64,000 nucleotides of DNA, from NCBI GenBank assembly GCA_964016885.1, contig OZ024741.1, positions 301,258,001 through 301,322,000 of the forward strand, read 5' to 3'. A model generated the notes under the pieces. It searched no databases and was not told the origin of the DNA. It saw only the letters and a program-made list of their open reading frames with translations. Below, piece after piece: positions 1 to 14,827 of the stretch. Within the stretch, counting starts at the first letter, position 1. Each line of letters begins with the position of its first letter. This DNA comes from Eledone cirrhosa. Its lineage: Eukaryota. The position numbers and the translations under genes were made by a program.

Positions 1-371
1 CAGTTATCCGACAAACTTTCTGACTAAAAAAATTGTTTCGTTTAGTATACAGTATTCGAAAATCGAAAACTTCTTTTCTTCTCTGGGCTACATACATTTA
101 ATTATCTAAGTATTGTTTATCTAATAGTTTGTCTGCAAAATACAACTTCACGGCATGTTAAAATCCCGATGCGTGTGTATGTTTTTCACACTTGTTATGG
201 CTCAGAGCAAATATGTTGACTATATTAAGCAAGGAATAAATATAGCGAACAAACTTAATGCAGCTATGAAAACTTGTATACGCACACACATACACGCACA
301 CACACACACGCACATATACAAAAACGCATATGTATGTATGTATATATACTAAAATATATATATATATTATA

Positions 372-440
<69 letters not shown>

Positions 441-1432
441 ATATGTGTCTACTTGTGCGTATTTTGAATAGTGTTATTTTTTTCTAAATGATATCTTCGT
501 AACACACATATATATATACGTACTAAAAAATAGATTTATGTTACCTTATGTGTAGTAGCACTTCTTTAAAAAAAAACACTGAAATGTATATTGATCGTTA
601 TTAGTAGAAACATTGTTTGTTTTGTTTTAAACTGTTGAACATTTTTGGTACTCTTGATTGAAACATGTTGTACAATATTTAAAACTATTATGCAATTGTT
701 TACTAAAGAAATGATGTCCATTACATTGCCTCTAGATAATAATAGTGGTAGTAGCTTTCATTTTATTTATGTTATATTACGAAAAAGAAAACAAATAGCC
801 ACAAGACCTAATGACGTACAGACAGTCAAACACCCAAGGTATTATAGATAAAACGACGCACACGTCACAGATAAATAAGAGTGAACATCTGCAAACCAGT
901 AGTTACGTCAAATTGAATATTATGGTGAATGTATTGCATAATTTTGAAGCAATCATTTTTTTATTTGGTTAAACACACAGAAACAGAAAGCAGTATTGGA
1001 AAGAACTATAAATGCAATAAATGAGAAGAAAACGTGGTGAGAGCAAGGACTAATGGAAAATAGTACGTCAGAGAAAAATAAATTGAGTATTTTGTTATGG
1101 CCACATGTGGCCATTATTGATTAAACAACAGTCCAAGACTGAAGCACGGAAACAAATAGAATACGATATATATTGATGTACAATAGAGAATTATTCAAAA
1201 AAACATCTGGTTTTGTGTTGCATATGACAACCCAAACCTCTTTTTATCAAGTATTTTCCGCCCTAACATTAAAATACTTTGGAATTATGTTTGATTAAAC
1301 GGTACATAAATACATAAGCGAAGTAGGTGTTTTAGATACATATTATTACATCTACTAACATTATGGATGCGGATTCCACAACAAATGAAAATTCGAAGTC
1401 TCTGGTACTTTTCTCTTTATATATATGTGTGT

Positions 1433-1497
<65 letters not shown>

Positions 1498-1499
<2 letters not shown>

Positions 1500-1700
1500 G
1501 TCAGTCTCGAGCTCTGAGTCTCATCAGTCCGGTGCTTATCCCGGTTTCCATGGCGTTAAGCGACTGAGAGTACAACACACACCCCTGAACAGGGTTAAAC
1601 CCCCAGCTATTGCTAGTACTCCTTTTCAATTGAGGATACTCGAGCAACGTTAAGTGTGTTGTTCAAGACACAACCCAAACCTGGAATTGAACCCACAACG
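1498..1700 (-). mobile_element. tRNA-derived SINE, 5'-truncated (V-domain-like)
   Basis: Minus strand reads GGTTCAATTCC (B box) followed by GTTGTGTCTTGAACAACACACTTAAC, resembling the V-SINE central domain; sits between (GT)n and (TA)n tracts. Confidence 0.5.
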
Positions 1701-1707
1701 ATTCCAG

Positions 1708-1741
<34 letters not shown>

Positions 1742-2889
1742 ATACAATATCAATTACGCCTTTTATAGCATTTTTTCAACACTGAGTTTCATAATATAAA
1801 TACATAAATTGTATGACAAATGTATGAGGGTTAATATAATCTATTTAACTAATCCCTTCGAGGCGCAACCGTGCAAATGTTCACATCAAAGTTTTGTTTG
1901 CTTTTAAATAAGAGGTATTTCATAACAACTTACTTTTTTCTTAGTACACATGACTTACTACAAATATATATTTTGATTTACTCATTCAAATAATCTGCAT
2001 ATGCAATTAATCATCGAGTGTGTTGTTTAACCAATTATGAAGTGTGTGTAGGCATAACATCAAATAATACATGCATCATTTTTTTAAAGGAGGTGTATTT
2101 CCCTTGGCTATGACTCCCATTTAAATGATATTTATTTTTTAATCTCAATCGATCAAATTCTAGCATTTACATTTTCATTAATAAACAATTTTACCGCAAT
2201 ATAATGAAATTAATTTCCATTGACTAGCATCTTGTGATAAATAACGAAATAATCCTGCTGAACTGATTACTATTCAAGTTTGCTAAGATATTAGTGACTG
2301 AATATCGATTTTTTTTTCGTAAAGGGAGATTTTGAGCAAAACATTTCGTTATCATTTTGTTATTAACGTGATTCTTTCGAAATGTATTTGTTTTTCATGA
2401 TAAATTGATTATACGTGTTAACGGATATTTACACTGCCATTTAATATAAAAATACTTTTAAAAATAGAACAGTCACAATGTTCATATCATAAATTATATA
2501 TTATTTACAATTCTTTGTAACTTCAGTGCATAAGATTCAATAAAATTATTAATTTTAACGAAATATAAATTTCCTCAAAACGAAGTTTACAAATTATGAA
2601 GTAAGAGAATAAAGCTATTTATTTTTGCTCGATCTTGGAGAATTGTCTATGTTCTTGGTCTCATTCGGATTTCCTAAATCAGAATGAATAATCCTATTGA
2701 TGTTCCCCATAAATTATTGCTTATCGAGCTAATGTCTGAAACAGTTTGAAGAATAAGATTAAGTTTTCAATATTTAGTTGTCATTCGAACAAATAAATCT
2801 CTATTGTAATTTTGTGACGAAAACCCCTATTCTTTGGCTTTTATAGGTTTCCTATAATTTAATTCTATGTTCACGCAAATCAAGGTAGT

Positions 2890-3020
2890 AGAACCAACCA
2901 ACCAACCGTAAATTTATAAATTTTTAAATTTATAATGTAATTTATAATAAATTGAAGTGAAAGAAGCTGGTGCGTGTGTTTCTTATTAGCAACATGACCC
3001 TCCCAAAGTATAACAATATT
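2890..3020 (+). mobile_element. Partial pLTR of the PLE family at 30204-32561
   Basis: Matches ~32365-32507 (accaaccaacc..aaatttataaat..ggtgcgtgtgtttcttatt(a/g)gcaacatgaccctcccaaagtataacaatat). Confidence 0.8.
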
Positions 3021-3376
3021 ATATACCAGTTATCGTTATATTAGTTGCACAACTTGGTAAATATGAGAGACTGTTATAATGACGTTATTTCTGCAAATTA
3101 CTGTATTTTAAACTAAATGTTTGAAGGATTTCGGTGTTCTTTACGACCATTGTAATAACTGGTGATGATATTGATGAACGTGAATAAGAAACATACACAC
3201 AACACACACACTGAAAATGTAGTCAAGCACCAAAACAAAAATGGCAATGTGATTTTGCGTATGCCTGGGTGTGTCTGTATTTTTCTGTGTATTATAGCCC
3301 AACCAGCAATCAATATGTGATGCACATATAAATATCTATCTGTGAGTGAATATTTGTTTATATATTATCTCACTGC

Positions 3377-3446
<70 letters not shown>

Positions 3447-3595
3447 TTCTCTGTATATATATATATATATATGTGTGTGTGTATATATTATATTATATTA
3501 TATTGTATTATATAGATTCATACTTACATAGATACATGCATACATATATGTTTTTTTCTAAGCGTTTTTACAGTCATTTCCTGCGTTTAGGAATC

Positions 3596-3681
<86 letters not shown>

Positions 3682-4295
3682 GTGGGGTAAAAAGGAGGGA
3701 GATTCACTTGAAAATAGAGACAGTAATAGATGTATAAAGAGACGTAGAGGGAGTTAGAGATTGAGGAAGAATGAAGACACCTAGACATAGTTGCGCATGA
3801 AAGAGAAATACTAAATGTAAAAGACAAACAATAAACAGTACACAGGGAACAAAAACTGGAGTAGAATACAAAATGAAAAGAAGTCACTCACACATACATT
3901 TAAGAGAAAACAATCGAATAAAAGATTGTTGCAATAACAATTGGAAATGAAAACAACTGTTAATAGACATAAAGGAATAAAACATTCTATGTAGATGTTC
4001 TGTTTACATTCAGTAGAATTTCCAAAATGCAATAGAATTTCTAAAAGAGGACCCAGGTTTTTTATTTTTTTCATTTTATAAAAATAGATTATATTACAAA
4101 GCAAAAAAAAAACAATAGAAAGCTGCAAGTTAATGCAGTATTAAAGTATGAATGCGATTCACATGTATGTATGTATTTATGTTTGTGTGTATATGTGTGT
4201 GTAGATGTATATATGTATGTATATATGTATGGATGGATGAATGAATGTGTACATATATATATATATATAGTTAGAGAATGGTTACCTGTGTTTTC

Positions 4296-4374
<79 letters not shown>

Positions 4375-4394
4375 TTCATGAATGTATATATATC

Positions 4395-4441
<47 letters not shown>

Positions 4442-4460
4442 ATGTGTGAGTTAATGAATG

Positions 4461-4491
<31 letters not shown>

Positions 4492-4845
4492 ATACTTGGG
4501 GAGGGTCATATTTGCGTAATATTGCCAGAATTAATAACAGAACACACTCACTGTTTGGTTGGTTTTCGCTTCTCGCTGTCTTTTATATCTGCGATCTAAC
4601 TTAATCGGTCCTCAATGTTGCCATTGACTGACCGGCGGTCAAAAATAATACAGATACAATATAGACACAAACACATATATATAGTTTACATAATTTACAT
4701 AAATCTTTCGTTGCACATCTGCAACATCGTCAGTGGTGTTATATTCTTTGTTCCTCCTGTTGTGTTGTATGTCTACGCCATTTTTTATTCAGTCTGTCTA
4801 TATATTTATTTACTTATTTATTTATATATGTATATATTTATATAT

Positions 4846-5563
<718 letters not shown>

Positions 5564-5738
5564 GTGAGGCTTTTTTTACAAAATGAAAAATAACCTAGGT
5601 GTCCTACGCGAGTGAAAGTATAAAGATAAAAAGATGACATCGAAAATGGTACTGGAGTCTTATTTTTAAAAATATATATATATATATTTGGTTCCTTTAC
5701 CGAGGAACCAAATAAATATATATATTTCAATTTTTTTT

Positions 5739-5778
<40 letters not shown>

Positions 5779-6378
5779 CTAGATATTGAAACGACAAGAG
5801 CTCAGCCGGTGGGGTCCCGACTCATTCATATAACTATACTATACTATCCCAAGTATCGAGTACTCTGGTGAGTAATGATGTAACTAGTTTCTTACTGTAT
5901 CCATTGTGATTTTTTGTGCAGGTTTTGCAATTGTTGCATTAATTTTACACATGCTGAATTCATCTGCCAAGAACTGGGGTTACCTATCTTGCAGAGTTAA
6001 ACACGTGGGGTTTCACTATTACATATTACTACTGCATCAATCCCGCATACTGGCTGAGAACAAAATACCTGTTGAGGAAGTGACATCCTCGTTCGATCAT
6101 TATACTAAAGGCTTATTATTGAACCAGGCAGTATAATTGATTTAGGTGTCGCAGACACCCATTACTGGATTATACCATCAATTCCAGGGATCCAGGTAAA
6201 TATTCTTTTGTTTGACCTGTTTGGCTTGCTTCGATTTTTTGGCTTATGTGGCTGATGGCTTCCTGATCACCATTTCAGTTTGTTTGGCCTTTAAAACCTA
6301 TGCTTATTGCTCTAGTCTATTTTTAGTCCATGGAGCGCTTGCCAGAATAACTCACATATTGCGTTTCGCTTTGTTTTC

Positions 6379-6421
<43 letters not shown>

Positions 6422-6434
6422 GTATGTATATATA

Positions 6435-6519
<85 letters not shown>

Positions 6520-6536
6520 AGAAAGAGAGACCAATG

Positions 6537-6591
<55 letters not shown>

Positions 6592-6596
6592 TTAAT

Positions 6597-7065
6597 ATAG
6601 AAAAGCTTCTACAGGACTAGAACTGTTTCATTCGTGAGAAATCATCAAGAACCTGACTGTCCAAGTAAAAATGGTGGTATTTATATCTTTTCTGGTGGTA
6701 GGAGAGGGTGGAGATTGGGATGGGTGGAGGACATTGGTTGATGGGTTTAAAGAAAAGGGAATTCCTTAAAGCTATGATTTATATTTAGAGTGCCAAAGGC
6801 AGAAAGAATACTATAAACAAGTTCAGATTGGAGTACCACTCCTTATTTTTAAGTTTCTTTTAGGCTAACAATGACTATATTTCAGGTGTTTACAGGATGC
6901 GTGGAGCTCATTGGTTTAAAGAAAGGGCAATTCGTTTAAAGTTAATTCTTTAAAGCTGTATATAGAGTGACAAAGGCAGAAATAATTCTATAAACAGGTT
7001 CAAGTTTCGGGTGCTTCTCCTTCTTGTTAAGTTTCTCTTAAGTTATGTTTCAGGTGTCTACAATC
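6597..7065 (-). mobile_element. pLTR/3'UTR fragment related to the Naiad-type element at 13501-17224
   Basis: Homologous to 13575-14040 including degenerate HHR (~6605-6655) and a twice-repeated 3'UTR unit (tttaaagaa..gtgacaaaggcagaaa..ctataaaca). Confidence 0.7.
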
Positions 7066-7880
7066 ACATTCACACACACACATACACACATACACACACA
7101 TACACACATATGTATGTATATATATATATATATACACATTCAAACACATATACACATATATATGTATACATACATATGTATACACACATATATGTATACA
7201 CACATATATGTATACACACATATACATATATACATACATATATATGGTGGCTGCCAACTCGTTTTCGAGTACGGCCACTACCTTATATCCATGTAGGAGA
7301 ACCCCTACCGATGCGTTGAACAAGTGTGACTTTTTAGTCCAGCCAGCGACTTGAACACTCTGATACAAACACTACACCTGTGACAATTATTGACACATAG
7401 TGTTGGGCCCATGGTACCATGTGACGACAAGTGCAGAGAGATATCCAGATATAAAGCAATGACTGTGCCATGAAGCTTTTATAGTCAGCAAAGGCATTGC
7501 ACAAAGCCAGTTCCACTCTCTTAACCAAGATGATATTTACCAAAAAGAAGAACAAGTCAACATCATTGGATACCATCAGGGTTGCAGGTGTTATATCAGA
7601 GTTTTCCTTCTAGAATTCTGCCTTGACAAAGGCTAAGGGGTCATCTCTTCCGGTGATTTTGGATGGCCATTGACTATTAAGAGCTCCTTTGCCCTTTGAC
7701 AGGTTTTGTTTTTAGTCCTGCAGGATGTCCAAAGTCACCCTCCTCACCAAGAAACCTTGGTGGGGCTGCCAGTTTAGTCGCCAACGACCCGACCATGAGA
7801 CAGGTAGTACTGGGATACATGTTACCAGTAGCACCAACTGGTGACCTGACATAAACATACATATATATACATATATATAC

Positions 7881-7959
<79 letters not shown>

Positions 7960-8118
7960 TATATATATATATATATACACACATATATATAAACACATAC
8001 ACATACATACCTATATATATATATATACACACAAACACACATATGTATATATATAAAACCTTTTACTCCCACACATTCGCAAAAAACCACACTCTTATAC
8101 CCATATATGTATATATAC

Positions 8119-8176
<58 letters not shown>

Positions 8177-8230
8177 ATATATATATATATATAATATATA
8201 AGATCAAAAGATGGTTAAATGAGTTCCATG

Positions 8231-8301
8231 TATTTTATTATGCGCATTTCAAAAACAAATATCATCATGCAATAACATTTGTGTTTTCATCAGATAAAAT
8301 A
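8231..8301 (-). ncRNA. Type I hammerhead ribozyme (inverted copy)
   Basis: Reverse complement of 8793-8863, core intact. Confidence 0.8.
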
Positions 8302-8792
8302 GGAGGACATGATATGAAGATTAAAAAATACATATTAACATTTTCTTTCCATCGCACATATTATTAAACCCTTAAATATTATTCTTAATACATATTAACA
8401 ATTTCTTTTCATCGCACATATTATTAAACCCTTCAATATACAAACCTTAACTTTACATTATTTTTCTCTTCGTTAATTTTCAAATTCTTTTAATTCATAC
8501 ATTATCTTCCAACGGTTTTTCAACCTCTCTATGTAAAACAATATATTTTTCTCAGTTATAAAAGCTATCTTTCTCTCTCTATCAGCCATCTCTCCTCCTA
8601 TCTCATCCTTCCTCATTATACTCCTCCCCCTCCACTTTTTACTCTCATCTCCTCCTCTTCTTCATCCTTTCCAAACCGCCCCCCTCAAAAAAATGTTCCC
8701 CAATATCACACATCAATCTAAAACTACTTTTCATATGTTGATTTAAAACTGCACTATCCACAAGTGTTTTTAACCTTCATATCATGTCCTCC

Positions 8793-8863
8793 TATTTTAT
8801 CTGATGAAAACACAAATGTTATTGCATGATGGTATTTGTTTTTGAAATGCGCATAATAAAATA
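8793..8863 (+). ncRNA. Type I hammerhead ribozyme
   Basis: tattttat-CTGATGA-aaacacaaat...atttgttttt-GAAA-tgcgca-TA-ataaaata: 8-bp stem I, stem II, palindromic stem III, AUA cleavage site. Confidence 0.85.
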
Positions 8864-9005
8864 CATGGAACTCATTTAACCATCTTTTGATCTTATATAT
8901 TATGTATACTCCAGTCCTACAAACTGTAGAGTGCTTCTTATCCGATACCTGCATTGCTTTATTGTACTACAATAAAACTCACCTCCTACATATATATATA
9001 TATAT

Positions 9006-10918
9006 ATCGAAAAAACAAAATATAATGACTTAATTTTAAAAGAATTGAGAAAAAATTACAGAAAATCCCCGAGTGAGTATTTATTGGATATCAATAATGG
9101 TGCATTTGAAATTATCACCAATCTCGGAATAGAGCGGAAGACCGAACCTTTCATATCAAGGCAACGGCGGATAAACTTTAAAGACCATATAAGAAATTTC
9201 GAAGAGGACTTACCTGTTAGACTTATTGCACCTTCGAAATCCGACCTTGGAATAATTAGTAAAAATATAATAGATAGGATTTTGCCAATGTTAAAATTGA
9301 GATCAAGGCTTAACTTATGGAAGGGCACTAGTGAAGTTATAGATTGGTTCAATAATATCGAAAATAAGAAATATCATAAATTCATTCAAATGGACATAGC
9401 GAGTTATTATTCCTCAATAACTCCTAACCTAGTAAATAAGGCGCTTTCATATGCATATAAACACACGGATCTATCTAGTGAAGAGATTGATATTATTTTA
9501 ACGGCAAGGCGAACCTTGATCGATTTTAATAGTGATTTTTGGACTAGATCTGATAGGCAGAATAACTTTGACATTACTATGGGCTCGTCTGATTCGCCGC
9601 AAGTTACCGATCTTGTGGGAATTTTCATCCTTAATATGATATGATAAATAGAAAACAGCCGGAGATTACCGGTGGTTTATATAGAGACGACATATTATTT
9701 ACTGTAGTTAGGCATAATAATAGTGAATTAAATAGAGTAAAGAAAGTAATTATAGAATTCTTTAAAAATTATGACCTGAAATTAGAAGTAGAAAATAACA
9801 ATAAAATAGTTAATTTTTTAGATGTAACTTTTAATTTAAACTCAGGCCTGTATTACCTCTTCCATAAACTCAATGAAAACTTAAATTATGTTAGCTTTTA
9901 GTCTAATCATCCTAAAAGTGTTAAGAATGCAATAGTCCAACAACGAATATCCATTCTATCTGCTAATAGATCCATATTTAATAGTAAGGCTGTATATTAT
10001 AATGAAGCGTTAGATAAAGCAGGATATAAAAATAATATTGAATATGTAGAGAAAAATAATATTAATTATAAACACAGTATTCATAATAATAAAAATAGAA
10101 CTGACTGTAAAAACTACAACTTGAGGAATAAGTGGGGGAAAAAATAAGGACGAGATCTATAATTTGGCATGCTCCGCCAGCATCGTTAGCTATTAAAACA
10201 CCTTTAGCACATTTATTTTTTAAAGCCTTAGATAAATGTTTCCCTAGATCACATAAGTATTACTCTATCTTCAATAGACACACAGTTAAACTTTCTTATT
10301 CAACAACTATGAATATTGCTCAAAATATTGCAAAAATTAATAGTAAAATTCTTAATTTGAACCAGCATATAATTAGCGATAATAACAATATTAATAATAA
10401 TATATTAGTTTATGTGAATAACAATAACAGTAGTTTAAATATGAATAATAGTAGAACACCTAGAAATAATAATGATAATACGAATATTTTAGGTTATAGA
10501 ACTAACATTGAATTGAATTTTAACTATAGAAGGAAATCTGAATGCCCTTTATAAAATAATTGCCTTGACAAGAATCTAGTGTATAAATGTACCATTAAGA
10601 CAAATAATAATAATACTTATAACTACATTCGTGCCACTTCATCGAACTTTAAGTTTCGCTTTTCCAATCATAAACATTCGTTCTCTAATCCAGATAAAAA
10701 GATTTCTACATCACTATCACTCTTTGAAAGAGAAAAATATTAAATACTCAATTTCTTGGAGTAAAATAAAGAATTCTGATTCCTACCGCAACGCTTCCAT
10801 TTCACTAAATTGCAATCTTTGCAATTTAGAGACTCTATTAATAATTACAAATTATGGTAATTTAATTAATAAGAAAGAATTATTTGGAAGATGTCTACTT
10901 AAGTCAAGCATTATATAA
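9006..10918 (+). pseudogene. 5'-truncated Naiad-type PLE RT + GIY-YIG ORF, frameshifted
   Basis: FKDH..RLIAPSKSDLG, MDIASYYSSI, ITMGSSD, GGLYRDD, VNFLDVT, then CPL, CNLCNLE..LIN..E...C, spread over ORFs 9045-10918. Confidence 0.9.
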
Positions 10919-11344
10919 ATTTCGAAAAAAATATTGACTATTAATAATTCTTGAAATATTATTATATATATAACGTCTTGCCTTACCTTATAAATGGTAT
11001 ATCGTTTTTATATAGTAAATTAATCTCATGATGAGTCTCGGTATCCTAAGTTTGGATTTAGTAAGGTCATTGTTTAACTAGAAATTTCTGAATTTGTAGT
11101 TTGAAATATCTTTTGGCTTTCAAAATACTTATATATCTTAAATGTTCACATATGATGAACGAGTTATCTTCCTTTGTTTACATTCTTCGTAAATAATTTT
11201 GTTCTGTCCAAATTGCGTGATAATATATATTTAACATGATTTATACAGTTTAATAACATATGAAAAATCCTTAAAGGGAAACTATATATAATAAGATGTT
11301 ATTACGGAAGTAAAATCGAAATAATAATACTTTTAAGAGTAAGA

Positions 11345-11562
11345 GGGCGGTGGATTGGCAGTATCGGTAGAGAGTCGGACGCCATGCTTTGCAGCAAAGA
11401 GTTACGGCCCTTTATGGATCTGATTTCAAATCCCGCCGAGGTTAACTTTGCCTTTCATCCTCACGGGATCGATAAAATAAAGTACCAGTCACGCACTGGG
11501 GTCGATTTAATCGACTTTCCCCTCCCCAAAAATCACTGGCCTTGTACCTATATAAGAAACCA
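11345..11562 (+). mobile_element. tRNA-derived SINE (octopod family, Meta/MESC-like core)
   Basis: A box TGGCAGTATCGG, B-box-like TTCAAATCC, core actttgcctttcatcct.acggg.tcgataaaataaagtaccagt; several copies in window. Confidence 0.8.
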
Positions 11563-11697
11563 ATAATACCTTTAAGAGTAAATATAACTACTAATTAATC
11601 CTGTAATGAAATGACAACCAACGAATTGAAATGATTGTATAATGAAAATAGAATAATTCAGATAATAATTATTAACATAATATAAAATATATATAAC

Positions 11698-11779
<82 letters not shown>

Positions 11780-12415
11780 TGGGTTTTAATAGATATCCTT
11801 ATAAATATTTAATAGGTATTTAAACATGCTTTAAAGATAAAAATGTTTTTGAATATTGTAACAAATATTTAGTAAATATATTACTTAATTAATCTATGGT
11901 TCTGATTCCTATAGAAAATATTTTTATATTGTTTAATTTTGATATAATATATTAGTATAATTAGCTTAAACATAACCAAATACAAAAGATATTAAAAATT
12001 TCATGGTTCTTAATTGGTCGCCTCATATTTGAAAGCAACGGTCACACATGATTTCTCTTTCTTGCTTTTTTGCCGTTACTTCTTTCTTCTTCTCTCATCT
12101 CTCTCTCTCTCAATTCCTTTTTCTTCCCTAATACGTCTATTTACGCATTTAAATATTTTTGTATGTATGTATTTATTTTTTTTGTTCTTGCATTTCCTCA
12201 TACTCACCCCTTTATTTATTTTCTTCTTGCATTTCCTCATACACACCTCCTCTTTATACCCATATCTCGCTCCACAGCCTCTTCTTCATTAAATTTAAGA
12301 TAATCATGTTATTATCTGTGGTATGTAAATGTTGAGATTTGATGTAATAAATCACTGCCAATACTGGAATTGAACCATCAAGACCGTTGAGGTATGTCAT
12401 ACATCAATTCATCTA

Positions 12416-12477
12416 TTTTATCTGACGAGGACGTACTGAAAAAATACCACAGTACCTTCGAAATATATATAATAAAA
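12416..12477 (+). ncRNA. Type I hammerhead ribozyme in a pLTR fragment
   Basis: ttttat-CTGACGA-gg..gtactg..cagtac..-GAAA-tatata-TA-ataaaa; same family as 43814-43880. Confidence 0.8.
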
Positions 12478-12521
12478 CATATATTTTTGTTATGTGAATG
12501 TCTTCATTTATTAATATTCTG

Positions 12522-12582
<61 letters not shown>

Positions 12583-12583
12583 T

Positions 12584-12616
<33 letters not shown>

Positions 12617-12782
12617 CACACACATACACAGATACATATACACACATACGTACACACATATATATATATAAATTTTGAGTATATGTTGGTTGTTTACCGA
12701 CACCTCAATATGCAGATTGGAGCACTCGACGAAGTACGCAGGTTGGTTTGTTTACTCCGGAGTAATGTAAAATAATTAAGTC

Positions 12783-13267
12783 AAATATGTAAAATTTGGC
12801 TTCGTTTATTATAAATTGCTAGCAGAAAATGTGTAGTGTGTATATTGATATTATACGCAAGTATATATGCATGTAGATATGATACATCAAATAAAATCGT
12901 GTTTGACAATATACACAGAAAATGAGCGAAGACTGCGTTACACTGCCTCATGTAATCAGTAACATTTGCATTAGGAGAAAATTTAGTGACAGAAATATAT
13001 GAATATTTATTTAAACGATCACAAACCGGAAGTGTTGACATTTGATTGAAAATTTTAAAGAATTGAATCTTTAAATAAGTAAGAAAATATATTTAACGAA
13101 CAGCCACGAAATTTAGTGGATAAATTATGTAATTCAAAGTAATCCAACTTATTTTACTAAGGGGATAAAAAATTATAAACAGTACGCAGTCCCGCGTTTT
13201 TACTTTATTATAGTTTAGATAGTATATCTATAATTTATAATAAACGAAGCCAAATTTTACATATTTT
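12783..13267. repeat. ~485-bp segment bounded by 35-bp inverted repeats
   Basis: aaatatgtaaaatttggcttcgtttattataaatt (from 12783) is inverted at ~13232-13266; non-coding interior; abuts (TA)n. Confidence 0.7.
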
Positions 13268-13297
13268 AGATAATTATTTTTCATATATATATATAAT

Positions 13298-13391
<94 letters not shown>

Positions 13392-13401
13392 ACAAAATAA
13401 C

Positions 13402-13495
<94 letters not shown>

Positions 13496-13585
13496 ATATA
13501 TACGTTATTCCGGGTTGAATCGGAGGTAACCACAGTAAGTAAGGTACTCAATACATTGCACAGTATAAAAGTTTTAATATAGATG

Positions 13586-13636
13586 AGATTCTACAGGATA
13601 AGAACTGTTTTATTCTTTAGAAATCATCAGGAATCT
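13586..13636 (-). ncRNA. Hammerhead motif of 3' pLTR (GAAA mutated to AAAA)
   Basis: agattc-CTGATGA-tttctaaagaat-AAAA-cag..ctg-TA-gaatct. Confidence 0.65.
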
Positions 13637-14130
13637 GGGTATCAAAAAATAAGTATGGTATTTATAGGTCTCCTCAAGTGGTATGAGAGGGTAGGGATTG
13701 GGATGGGTGTAGGTCATTGGTTGATAGAAAAAGGAATTCATTAAAAGCTAATTCTTTAAAGCTATAGTTTATTTTTATAGTGACAAAGGCAGAAAGAATT
13801 CTATAAACAAGTTCAGGATGGGGTGCCCCTCCTTATTTTTAAGTTTCTCTTAAGCTAACAGGTGTCAATAAGATCAGTGGGGGTCAGTCATGGTTGATGG
13901 ATTTAAAGAAAATGGAGAATCTTTACAAGCTAAATTCTATAAGGTTCTACTAAGTGACAAAGGCCTAGAGAATTCTGTAGACAAATTCAAAATATTGAGT
14001 GCATATCAGACGATTATCTTCAAATTTCTCTTAAACTATTCAACTATATGTCAAAAATCAACAGACACATTCACAAACACACTCACTCACACACGCGTGC
14101 GCACCCACAAACACCCACACATATATATAT

Positions 14131-14827
14131 ATTATAATTTAAAAAATAATTAAAAAAATATATGATCAACACTACTGTGTTTTTTTTGCAAAATGACAAT
14201 AATTTTTTAGCCAGATAGAAATACCTTAATTCAAGTACATATAATCCGTCTGTATCGATCTAGAGAATATTAAATATTAAATCTATACTTACAGACGTAA
14301 AATGGCAACTGCATGGTGCCTAGACAAGTTTAAATTTCAAAATTCAAACCTTTTCAGCAGATCGGGCGGAACTTCAAAACGTAAACCTGTTTCACAAGGG
14401 ATGTTATACTAATGAAATAATTAATTAATTGCGGAACAACTATTTATAAAATAATTATTAGTAAAGTAATGAATTTTCTGTGATCTTCGGTAGGCACCCA
14501 GAAATTAAAATCACTTCTCCTAAGATAATATCTTAAGACTGATCTGTCGCAAGCCTAATACATGTGCTTTTGCACACGACCTTCTCAGTATTCTGGCTCA
14601 TATCCATGGCGCTAGAAATAGCAGCCGTGAATATGTGATTATGAATTCAGCTCACCGTAGGAGCAGATTAATTTCAGTTTAGTAGTCAGTTACAAATATT
14701 AAGCTCTAAGAAAATACTTCTGAGCATTACATTATAATTTAAAAAATAATTTAAAAAAATATATGATCAACACTACTGTGTTTTTTTTGCAAAATGACAA
14801 TAATTTTTTAGCCAGATAGAAATACCT
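14131..14827. repeat. ~97-bp direct repeats (14131-14227, 14731-14827) bounding a 500-bp insert at the end of the Naiad ORF
   Basis: attataatttaaaaaataat..tgatcaacactactgtg..gccagatagaaatacctt occurs twice, 600 bp apart. Confidence 0.8.

Larger units (their letters stand above)
8192..8990 (+). mobile_element. Solo pLTR insertion with inverted partial pLTR at its 5' side
   Basis: 8192-8322 is the reverse complement of ~8772-8902; both arms carry the same HHR; both ends abut (TA)n. Confidence 0.8.

Noticed and set aside
7300-7850. Higher-GC segment with short ORFs as an exon
   Set aside because: No coherent splice/ORF structure; probably a LINE 5' fragment but not assignable
11345-11430. SINE heads as tRNA genes
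   Set aside because: No cloverleaf; continue into SINE core and have TSDs in other copies
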